A DNA stretch of 47,136 nt from Octopus bimaculoides (lineage: Eukaryota), in contig NC_068983.1 in the NCBI RefSeq assembly GCF_001194135.2, forward strand, positions 56,868,289-56,915,424. Direction: 5' to 3'. The translations under genes and the position numbers were made by a program. The notes below the pieces were generated by a model. That model searched no databases and had not been told where the DNA came from. It saw only the letters and a program-made list of their open reading frames with translations. Below are positions 11,901 to 22,069 of the stretch, piece by piece (positions within the stretch are counted from its first letter, which is position 1; each line of letters begins with the position of its first letter).

Positions 11901-12456
11901 CTACGCCACCTTGCAGCAGAATTCTGAAATATTCTTTGGTTTATTTCTGACAGTGACAGCCACTAAGATAATATTGACAATTTCGGTTTTGGAACTATTT
12001 CTCTGTGAATGATATTATTATACGACAGTAATTAATTCCACGCTGTTAATGAATAACTTTTTGTCATTTCCATACATCTTACCAGGGGAAACATGTTCTG
12101 GAATAAAATACCTCTTCAATTTAGGAGGTATGAAAAGACACAGAAACTGTTTATTGTTTCTTTACAATTCTTCATTTATAAATGTGAAGCGTTTCTTATT
12201 CAATTCTGGTTTTTGATAAAAGAAATGGAAATTTGGTATTTGTTGATGTTCTTGAAGTTGGTAATTTACAGCTAAATTCCCATCGCAGTTTATTCTATGT
12301 TATTATGAAGTGTCTGTGTGTGGGCGAGACGAAGAATGTAACTTTTGCACAACGATACGAGATGAGTCAGATATTTTCGGAAAAAATGGAACCTATCAAT
12401 AGAAAAATTGCTGAGTCAGGTAGCATCTTTTATCTTTTATTATTTACTGGTATTAG

Positions 12457-12831
12457 AAGGCGGCGAGCTGGCAGAAACGTTAGCACACCGGGAGAAATGC
12501 TAAGCAGTATTTCGTCTGCCGCTACGTTCTGAGGTCGCCTTTGCCTTTCATCCTTTCGGGGTCGATAAATTAAGTAACAGTTACGCACTGAGGTCGAGCT
12601 AATCGACTTAATCCCTTGTTTTTCCCCTCTATGTCTAGTCTCTTGTGGGCAATGAAGAAATAAGAAACGTTAGCACACCGGGCGAAATGTGGTATTTTAT
12701 CTATTTTTACGTTCTGAGTTCAAATTCCGCCGAGGTCAACTTTGCCTTTCATCCTTACGGGGTCGATACATTAAGTAACAGTTGCGTACTGGGGTCACAA
12801 AATTTCGGGCCTTGTGCCTAGAGTAGAAAAG
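12457..12831 (+). mobile_element. Heterodimer of two family A SINE subtypes inserted in the tail of a family B SINE
   Basis: Monomer 1 ends CTTGTGGGCAATGAAGAAATA at about 12662. Monomer 2 starts AGAAACGTTAGCACACC and ends GGGCCTTGTGCCTAGAGTAGAAAAG. Flanks match 15/18 (12439-12456 vs 12832-12849). Confidence 0.8.
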
Positions 12832-12836
12832 ATTAC

Positions 12837-13075
12837 TTACTGGATTTAGTCATTGTAATACGGCCATACTGTAGCATCTGTTCCAGGGGTTTAGAGCTGA
12901 GCAAATCGACTTCAATTTTCATTTATTCTTTTAAAGTCCTGTACTTATGTTATTAGACCCTTTGTTATGTTAGTTTATGTCTTCGCTAAGTTACGGGGAC
13001 GCAAACGAACCAACACCGGTTTCCAAGTAGTGGTGGTGGTGATGAACAGACACAAAGACAAACACGCTCACATAT
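12837..13075 (-). mobile_element. Family B SINE 3' half
   Basis: TAGTCATTGTAATACGGCCATACTGTAGCATC...CGCTAAGTTACGGGGACGCAAACGAACCAACACCGGTT. Confidence 0.75.
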
Positions 13076-13145
13076 ACTCACCCATGCACACCTCATGTGT
13101 ATACAATTATATGTGTGTGTGTACGTGTGTATATAAATATATGTA

Positions 13146-13229
<84 letters not shown>

Positions 13230-13659
13230 AGTCTGATGAAGAACTTTTCTATTGTCTAAAAGCACAAATATTACGTGACTTTTCATTTAGAATTTTCGCG
13301 TAAACTGGCGTAGCAAATAGAGGTGGTACAGAAACAATTGTAACTTAAATTAAAGACGTGTTTAAGAATTTTCCTTGTCTTCTCATTTTCATATGTATGT
13401 GTGTGTATGTGTATATATATATATATACCACTCGATTCTTTCTATATGAGTCTACTAAGTATTTGACTACTACTTAATTTATCGACCGCAAGAAGATGAA
13501 AGGCAGAGTCAACCTAGGCGCCAGATGCCATATAGACCCCATATAAATAGTACTTTTCATAGAAATGTTATGACCAAGATTCCACAACAAAGTCTCTAGT
13601 AGCGTTCATGTGAATACATTTTTAAGCGTATATTTGTTTATTTCTTCTTTGTAGTTATA

Positions 13660-13987
13660 TGTGCTGCGTGGTAAGAAATTTGCTTTGCAACCACATGGTT
13701 CCGGGTTCAGTCACAGTGCGTGGCACTTTGTGCAAATGTCTTTTATCATATACATGGACCGACAAAGTCCTTGCGAGTGAATTTGTTAAACGGAAACTGA
13801 AAGAAACTCGTCTTCTATATATATATATCACGTCCTCGTAACATGGCGGTTCGACAAAAGTGATCAATGAAATAAGTTGATATTACGCTTAAAAGAAGAT
13901 AATTGTTGTGTTCGATTCAACTAAAGTTATTCAAGGCGGTACCCCAACATGGCCGTAGTCTAATGACTGAAACAAGTGAAAGATAAA
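13660..13987 (+). mobile_element. Near full-length family B SINE
   Basis: Head GTGGTAAGAAATTTGC...CCGGGTTCAGTCAC (B box), CORE-like GGCACTTTGTGCAAATGTCTT, tail AAGGCGGTACCCCAACATGGCCGTAGTCTAATGACTGAAACAAGT. Confidence 0.85.
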
Positions 13988-14004
13988 TATGGCCGATTCC
14001 ATAA

Positions 14005-14161
14005 TGTTTCCGTCTACCAAATTCCTTCAGTTGGTATAGCATTGGTCGGCCTGGAGTTCTAGAATACACTTGGTCAAGATGGTGTGAAGTGGTATGAAGC
14101 CCAAAACCACGTGTTTGTAAAGCAAAGTGAGTTTCTTAACCACACCGCCATGTTTGTGTCT
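14005..14161 (-). mobile_element. Family B SINE 5' half, diverged
   Basis: GTTTCCGTCTACCAAATTCC...TTCTTAACCACACCGCCATG. Confidence 0.7.
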
Positions 14162-15855
14162 ATAAAAAAAAATTGAAAATTTCATTTCATACATTGACAA
14201 AATTATGATATCAACTGAAGATTAACACTGATTTCTCTGGAAGAAATCTAGGCTGCCAACCCTCTTGACAAATCGAAATAATAACCTTTTGCAATGCTTC
14301 TCTTCCCAGAAAGCAGTCAGATATATGAGATAGCATTATATCTAAGTATGAATAATCCGATTATCTTTTGATGTAACGTTGTCAAATTCTGAAGAACAAA
14401 ACAAATGAGACACGACTACATAAAAGCATGATTTAAACAAATAAATTATGTAAGAAAAAAGATGGAACTGGAAAAAAATCGATAAATAAATCAATGAAAT
14501 AACTCTATAAATACTCTGAAATCATAGGTAACATTTCTAAGACAAAGTACAAATAGCAATATTTGTGGAATTTTTACCGCTCAAAAGGAATTTTTAGCTG
14601 AATATTAAAAAAAAATGTTTGATTTTACATGTTATTGAAATATATGATGAATTGAAATTATTTGTTATTCTCATCAGCCTCGAAGATTCTATTTAAAATT
14701 TTCTAGTCTTTGTTCGTAATTACAACGTGTCAAACCTCCCAAATGGTTTCCTATCTGAAAGTTTGATAATATTTTTTTTTATTCCTCTCTATCAGCAAAC
14801 TGCTGTCTAGTCAGAACCACATCAAAATATCATGGATATGTGTTGTAGCAAAGAAAAAAACAAAACAGGAAAGAAAAAGAAACAGAAAGAAGGAAAAACT
14901 GTTTTGCACTCAACTNNNNNNNNNNNNNNNNNNNNNNNNNNNNNNNNNNNNNNNNNNNNNNNNNNNNNNNNNNNNNNNNNNNNNNNNNNNNNNNNNNNNN
15001 NNNNNNNNNNNNNNNNNNNNNNNNNNNNNNNNNNNNNNNNNNNNNNNNNNNNNNNNNNNNNNNATATAAATATAAATTTTCTCTATGTTTATTAGCTTTC
15101 AATAATAACATTGCCAGACAGACGGTTTTTTTAATGCAAAAATCTTATATACATGTTTACTACAGAAATCTTATATAGAGACTTTTGCATAAAGTTAGAC
15201 GCTCATCAGATCAAGTTATGTAAAGACAACCCTTCTAGATAAATTTTACAAAGAAGACATATTCCTATCGAATACAAATTAGTGTGAATTATATGCTGTA
15301 ATATCTATAATGATTTACATAGAGGAAAACCTCTGGGGTATGCTTTGAGCATTCCTCAAGCTTATGAGTTTACTTAAAATACACATGAACTAAATTGTCC
15401 TTGACTATTCAATGCTTTTGATGTTAAATATACTTGGCTGAACCTATTAAACACAAACTAATTCATTTGCCGCCAAAGAATGATGTCTCTCGCTTTGCCT
15501 TTTATCTCGGCAGTTAAACAATAGCATTCCTCTAAAAGCAGCAAATGTAGGACTTGTAAATTATATGGATAGTTCCTGGCAATGAGTGTATTCTTTAGTT
15601 CATGTAGTCCTGTGTCCCTGGTGCCTGTATTAGAAGCTATACTACAAATCCTATGGAGATATCTTTAAAAACCATTTCATTTAATTTTTCCACAATTTAA
15701 TATTTTGTTTTCATGCTTTACTCTAAATTGAAAAAGCCGCAAAGATTGAAACCGGTACTAAAATGTTCTTCATGATAAAATTATTTTAGTATTTTCAACC
15801 GTGACCTATTTTCCTTATACATATCAATCAACTCGCTTGTTACTTTTCAACCTTC

Positions 15856-15899
<44 letters not shown>

Positions 15900-16066
15900 T
15901 ACACATACAAGGAGGGAAGGGGAAAGAGAGAGGGAGATAAATAGATGTCGCGAATACATAGAGGTTCGAGTCCCATGTGTACGAAAAACCCGTCGAGAGA
16001 GTATATGCACCAAATTAGACTATTTACCTTAGTTAGTGCATGGTGATCACTTATAAGCTTTAAGCT

Positions 16067-16112
<46 letters not shown>

Positions 16113-16267
16113 CTTGCTNNNNNNNNNNNNNNNNNNNNNNNNNNNNNNNNNNNNNNNNNNNNNNNNNNNNNNNNNNNNNNNNNNNNNNNNNNNNNNNNNN
16201 NNNNNNNNNNNNNNNNNNNNNNNNNNNNNNNNNNNNNNNNNNNNNNNNNNNNNNNNNNNNNNNNNNN

Positions 16268-16403
16268 GTCGGGCGAAATGCTTAGCGGTACTTTCATTCT
16301 TTCGGGATCAATAAATTAAGTACCAGTTGAGTATTGCGGATGATCTAATCGACTGGCGCCTTCCCTAAAACATTCGAGCCTAGTGCTTAGAGTAGAACAA
16401 AAT
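16268..16403 (+). mobile_element. Internally deleted family A SINE
   Basis: CGGGCGAAATGCTTAGCGGTA joined directly to CTTTCATTCTTTCGGGATCAATAAATTAAGTACCAG. Confidence 0.8.
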
Positions 16404-16857
16404 GTATGCATATATATATATACACACTTCACGTCTGGCTGTACAGCCTTTTTGCTTGTTTGTTTATTCATCGTTTCGTTTTCATGTCTTGTTTTCCGTC
16501 CGCCACTACCCTCCACGAAAATAATTTAATTTGTGTTCGTGGGAAGAACCATTTCAACGATGCGTACTGCCTAAATTCTTCGAAACGCCGGTGTTCTAAT
16601 GGTGACAGCTGATGAAGGAGATGTTTCTATGTGGCTTGCATGTTTGTTGTACCTTGTTTATCATTTTGTCCATGTTCTTTTGCCACGTCATATACCCAGT
16701 TATGTATNNNNNNNNNNTTCTTTTGCCACGTCATATACCCAGTTATGTATCTATATGTACATGTAGATGAAGGTATGTACATACATGTACATATATATGC
16801 ATATACTCATATCTTGTTTGTATATATATATATACATATATATATATATGTATATAT

Positions 16858-17008
16858 AGACGCAGGAGTGGCCGTGTGGTAAGAAGCTTGCTTCCTAACC
16901 ACGTGGTTTTGGTTTCAGTCCCGCTGCGTGGCACCTTACATAAGTGTCTTCTAGTAGAACCTCGGGCGACGAACGCCTTTTAAGTGGATGTTTAGCTGGG
17001 AAATGCGA
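16858..17008 (+). mobile_element. Family B SINE 5' half
   Basis: GACGCAGGAGTGGCCGTGTGGTAAGAAGCTTGC...TTTCAGTCCCGCTGCGTGGCACCTTACATAAGTGTCTT. Confidence 0.85.
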
Positions 17009-17511
17009 CGATGGATTTACAAAATTGACAGTTGATGGACTTCAAATCTCGGACCTTATCTTAGTGTTAGCTGGAGTTCGGAAAACATCTTGTTAAGCTG
17101 GTGTACTTATATTAACAGAAACATTATGAAGCATTTTTCCTGGATTGTCAATCCTTCACTAATAATCCTAATTAAAAGATACATATGTATTCACACACAC
17201 AAAACACACACACCCGCACATTGGAGAACTAATTGGAAATGTTTGAAATGAGCGAAATTTTTCAAATCCAAATCCAGTCATTGTCAGAATTCTAATTCCG
17301 TATTCGGTGGAACCATTTTTGCAGAATCATTAGCATTACTAGATAAACCAATACTCATTAATTTGATTGGGAGAATAACTTCTGAGAATAAATTTCTTGC
17401 AATACTGCTTCTAAAGGTGAAAGCCATTTGAAACGATAGTTTTGACAAAGGAGTTAAAATTCAATTATTTTATTCTTTCCGTTATTAAGTTTCCTTCTTT
17501 GTTCTTTCGAT

Positions 17512-17740
17512 TCTTCCATCCATTCATTTTCTCTACCATTGTTCCTGGAAATGTCACGGTGGCAGAATCTTCGGGTACTTCCTCCATAAGATCTTGTCAC
17601 AAACAACCGTTATTACATTTTACGGTTGAATTGTCAAGCGCAACAGACTGCGACGACGGATATTGTCCAACCATCTCATTCTCGATCTGCTCTTAGGTCT
17701 CCTGCCAGTTGGCTTTGCTTGAAGAATCTATCGTGTATCG
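17512..17740 (-). mobile_element. RTE-clade (Expander/Rex3-like) LINE 3' end fragment
   Basis: Minus strand encodes ILQAKPTGRRPKSRSRMRWLDNI...DKILWRK (G-R-x-G-R-P-x-x-R-W-x-D type ORF2 C-terminus), then AGAAAATGAATGGATGGAAG (ATGG-type tail). Confidence 0.75.
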
Positions 17741-18143
17741 TTTCTTTTTATCTTTAATTTCTGTCAGTCGTTAGACTGCGGCCATGCTGAAGCACCACCT
17801 TCAAGAAATATTAATGGTATTAATCGGCTCCAGTACATCTCTCAAAAGTTTGGTACTTATGCCAAACTCTTTTACGTACCCGTAACCTCTATGTTACGGG
17901 TACGTAAATACACCAACAACGGTTGTCAACCGGTGATGGCGGAGTGTAGAAGCTCAAACACAACAGGCCACACACACGTAGATACATATATATACATATA
18001 TATATGACAAGCTTCTTTCAGTTTCCATCTACCAAATCCACTCACAAGGCTTTGGTCGGTCCGAGGCTATGGTAGAAGACACTTTCTCAAAGTGCCACGC
18101 AGTGGGACTGAATGCGGAACCATGTGGTTGGGAAGCAAACTTC

Positions 18144-20287
18144 CTTATTTCATCAAATTAGCTATAATGGCCTTACATAGAGAAAGAAGCTGCGGGCTCG
18201 ACACAGACATAATGTTATGAGATGAAAAGTGAAAATGATTAATGGGGGGAAACAGACTACGCCTGCCCATTGTTGTTTCCCGAAAACATCGTCCTCTTGT
18301 TTATCATACATGAGGCAATAAACCTCTTACAATTGTTCATAATTGTTCATTAAAACACAAATTGAGGCACTTGGTTAAAAACAGAATGAGGTTTCAAACG
18401 TTTTATCAGTTCACAATATCGAGGCTTTCCAACCTCTTACTCATAGTCCTCTTCAGTATCGCTTGTGACCCCATACCCTGCCATTTCCCACGCCTCACTC
18501 AAGCACAAAGCGGTTGACGTGTCGGGGCCGCCCGGCCACAAGCGATATTCCTCATTGAGCTTCTTCAGCCTTGGCAACACGGGCAACGTTATGACCTCTA
18601 CAGATATCTGCGGAGGCCATTCGGGATCCCGTGAGCAGGTCAGAATTGCTCCCTAATGGTGCTTCTCCAACACATTTTCCACCTCTCCGCTCTTATGGAA
18701 GAAGACAAGTAATTCTTCTCCTTTAGGGGACGAGGTAGTCACTTCAACCGTCGGTGGCACAATTTCTACCGACGAAGTTCCGGGACATTCCGGTATTGTG
18801 TTACCAACTTCCGGCAATGTCCCGTTTCTCTTTATCTTCCTATTTTTTCCTCTTTACTGAGGAAGGGTGGGTTTCCTCCATGACTGGGAGATCTGCCCTC
18901 CCCTCCCTCATCCCTAGGATCCTTCGGTGAGCACCCATTGTTGCTCACCTTCTTCCTCTTGCGGCCCTTCTTGAGGATCCTCCGCCTCCTCGACCGCCTC
19001 CGTTCCCTCTTCTACAAAGGTCTCAACCAACTGCTCCAGGACGTTGCTTTGGTCCAGGGGGAAGTTCCTTTTTATATGACCAGGTTCCAGACACCGGTGA
19101 CAGCTGGTGAGGGGTGACCCTCAAGAATCACCGGGTACCTGCTCCCAGCCATAGTTAAAAAATCTGGAAAGACTAACTCCTATACTGATTGGGTCCTAAG
19201 GGTCAAAATAACTTTTCACCTGACCCAATCAGCCACTGGTAATAATTTAAAATTAAGGAGCTTGGTGCCGCTGACACCCAAACCCCAGCGGATAGTGTCC
19301 TCTATCCAGTCTGGTTTTAAATTCGGTGGCAACCCGTAAGCCCAAGCCCGCATCAGTTTCCTCCCACAATATGTGGGAAGAAACAAATTGTTATTGCCCT
19401 ACAGGGGCTGGCTCGCAAAAATGCGAGCCTCCTCCGGGGTGTCAAATAGCAACCAAAACATTGCATATCCGACACCCGGGCAATAAACTTCACAGTTGGT
19501 AGATAGTCCTTCAACTCTTCTTCTATTACTTCTTTGGGGAACACGGCGATGTCATCGAGAACCTTCGAATATTTTCTCAATACCACTGTCTTCTCTTTTT
19601 GCTGTTTAATCCACTCTTTGGGTGGGATAATCTCCCACTCCAAGACATTCTTTTTCGCCATGCTTTTTTTAAGAAATAGGTTCTCTTAATAGTTCAACAA
19701 AAATTGTGAAAAGTAAAGAATGAAAAACAAAATCCAGAAGAATAGTTAGAAAGAAAACAAGAGAAAAAAACATAAAAACAAATGATAAGAAGAAATGAAA
19801 AACAGTTCAGCCCGACAACAGTTCTTTGCGCTGTGATAGTTTGAATTACTGGGACAGCTTCTTCAAAATTCCGGCCAACTGGTAGTCCCGGCCCTTGTAG
19901 TTTCCAGAAAAGGTCCTCCAGTTGAGTCGAGGACACAGTAGCAGGAAGAAAAACTAATTTACCATTAAATGGTAAATACACAACGAAGAAAATTTTTTCA
20001 CAGCAGCAAAAAAATTCCACAGTTTATGGCGGCAGAGGATCCACCCAGCAAAATAATTCACTTAAAAGTGAACAATAATGCACAACTGTAGGCAGACCAG
20101 AGTCCAGAATCCAGAGAGGATTTCTTGTTTGTACAAAAAATAATACAGCAAACAACAAACGCTCACTGGACCCCAAAAACAAAAGTTTACCTTACAGCTG
20201 AGCTTCTTTTTCAATCAATATTTGGCCAGCTGTACACCAGCGTGGTGACTTCTGCAGTGTACGAACAGCACTGACACAACCGGAAAC
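18144..20287 (-). mobile_element. ORF1-only (HAL1-like) non-autonomous Tx1/L1-type retroelement with 13-bp TSD
   Basis: TSD GGAAGCAAACTTC at 18131-18143 and 20288-20300. 5' end GTTTCCGGTTGTGTCAG, about 625 bp 5' UTR, disrupted ORF1, about 290 bp 3' region ending TTTGATGAAATAAG. No EN or RT motifs seen. Confidence 0.8.
18437..19661 (-). pseudogene. Disrupted gag-like ORF1 with a single CX2CX4HX4C zinc knuckle
   Basis: MAKKNVLEWEIIPPKEW...; after a frameshift RAWAYGLPPNLKPDWIED...FPDFLTMAGSRYPVILEGHP; after a second frameshift CHRCLEPGHIKRNF (19102-19061, last Cys replaced by Phe). Acidic, Pro-rich tail ends DTEEDYE* at 18437. Several in-frame stops. Confidence 0.8.
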
Positions 20288-20544
20288 GGAAGCAAACTTC
20301 TTACCACACGTCCACTCTTGAGGCTATCTTGCGATGCTTTCCTGTCAAATTCTCATTACATGCCCATAGTACAGGGGTTGTGACGCTTAGATACGATGAC
20401 ATAGCGGCTTGACCAGGTGAGACTCCCTGATCTCCGAGCTATGCGCTTTGTCGAATAACGTTACTCCAGAGACCCTTTGTCGGAACATTCATAATTTCTA
20501 CAGTTTAACATTACACTCCGCTGTTCCTTCTTTTTCAGCTCCCC

Positions 20545-20957
20545 CAATTCTCGCTCTCTCTGTCTCTGTCTCTCTTTCTCTCTCTCTCTCTCTCTTTGCC
20601 TCCATCTCTGTTTCCCTCTCTTCTTTCTCTCCCTGACCTCTCTCTCTCCCTGACCTCTCTCTCCCTCTCTCTCTCCCTGACCTCTCTCTGTATGTCTGTC
20701 TTTCTCACTTCCCTTCTGTCTGACTGTTTGTCTGTCTTTCTCTCTATCTCACCCCACTATATGTATGTCTGGTTGTCTGTCTATTTCCCCCCTTTGTACG
20801 ACTGCTCTCTGTCCCTTTGTCTCTGTCTCTCTGTTTGTTTGCCTGTCTGTCTGTCCCACTCTCTGTTATCTGTTATTCTTTCTCTCTAACTCTCTCTCTC
20901 TCTACTTGTCTGTCATAGTCGCTCTCTTTGCCTGTCTGTCCTAGTCACAGACACATA

Positions 20958-21048
<91 letters not shown>

Positions 21049-21050
21049 GT
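20545..21050. repeat. CT-rich low-complexity tract with (CA)n and (CT)n
   Basis: Directly visible. Confidence 0.95.
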
Positions 21051-22021
21051 CTATATCCCATGTATTTTATTTCGTCATATCCTGTCATATTTCTCTCTCC
21101 CCAGCTGAAGAATTATGAAACTATTTTGACGCAATGAAATAAGAATGTAAAGAAGCACAGATTAAAATCTTCTTCTAAATGTCTTTCCTCGCTGTCACCA
21201 CAAAACAGGAGTAGTTTGTGTCAGGTTGGAGAAAGAAACAACGTTTCCATTAAAATGCCACTCAAAGATGACATTTTAGTTGATTTTTCTGTTATTTTCA
21301 TGTCGTTTATTGTCTGCTTTTATTCTCGTTCTGTCTAATTTGTTTATAGAAGAATCTCTTCAAAGAATGGAAAGGTCTTCTTGGTGCGATATAACGATGT
21401 AAACATGTCCCAAAATTCGAATAAATTTATGACTTACCATTATTCTTCATGGTTGTTGCAAACAAGAAATGAGAATTTGTAAGATATGAAAAATTAAAAA
21501 GAAAAAAATATATTTTATTTTCCTTCATTTGAAACTGCTTCGCCCACTAAGATACATAAAATAGCCACGATACATCAAACATTTCTAAGAATTCTCGGAA
21601 TTTATGCACATGCCTTAAAATACAAATGAGATTGTTCCTTATTTAAAAGAATAATAATAATAAATCACGTGTTATGCCCTGGTGGTTAGTCATTGTAAGG
21701 GAGACAACCACTTCTGCATCAGTCATAGCAGGATTAACGGTTGGGATTTTCCATTGAAGAGCAAAGATGCGCAAAATATACGCTTTTGATTATATTCTGC
21801 CTCAAACAGAAGCATTACTTTGCCTGCAGGAACATTAGGGCCGACCGTTATGTTGAATTCGTTGCTCGGAGATGGTCCAATGAACCTCGGGTTCAAGTAC
21901 AAGTGTATCACGATTTAGTATTGGTTGGCAGATATCACCACGGACCAGCAAACAGTTTGTTCGCTGAAGTTATAAAAAAAAACAGCTTCGACTTTTGCTA
22001 AGTTCATTTCTCCGACAGTGC

Positions 22022-22069
22022 CTCTGACTGATGAGAAGCAACAATGTCGAAACACCAGATGTCCCAGAG
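22022..22069 (+). ncRNA. Putative type I hammerhead ribozyme with complete catalytic core
   Basis: CTCTG-A-[CTGATGA]-GA(AG)CA-ACAA-TGTC-[GAA]-ACA-CCAGA-TGT-C-C-CAGAG. Core at 22028-22034 and 22049-22052, GUC triplet at 22061-22063. Stem I is 5 bp with an A-C mismatch next to the core; stem II is 4 bp with a 2-nt bulge; stem III is 3 bp. Confidence 0.55.

Larger units (their letters stand above)
17745..20322 (-). mobile_element. Full-length family B SINE split into 17745-18143 and 20288-20322 by a 2144-bp insertion
   Basis: CATGTGGTTG-GGAAGCAAACTTC at 18121-18143 resumes as GGAAGCAAACTTC-TTACCACACGTCCACTC at 20288-20317. Confidence 0.9.

Noticed and set aside
11584-12012. Poly-Met/Arg/Ser/Ala/His ORFs
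   Set aside because: Trinucleotide repeats are open in several frames on both strands; there is no domain signal.
16675-16750. Exact 33-bp duplication around a 10-N gap (similar case at 8100-8160)
   Set aside because: Typical overlap of contig ends at a scaffold join; probably an assembly artefact.
19694-20020. 108-aa ORF upstream of ORF1
   Set aside because: Starts at GTG, is T-rich 5' UTR sequence translating to poly-Phe, and has no recognisable motif.
21350-21478. 129-bp open plus-strand exon candidate (RISSKNGKVFLVRYNDV...)
   Set aside because: Peptide not recognised, and it overlaps an equally plausible minus-strand donor; cannot be resolved without RNA data.
21723-21911. Cadherin-like NPRF...ITV.PNVPAG stretch on minus
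   Set aside because: Lacks the DxD and LDRE/DxND calcium-binding motifs and convincing splice sites.
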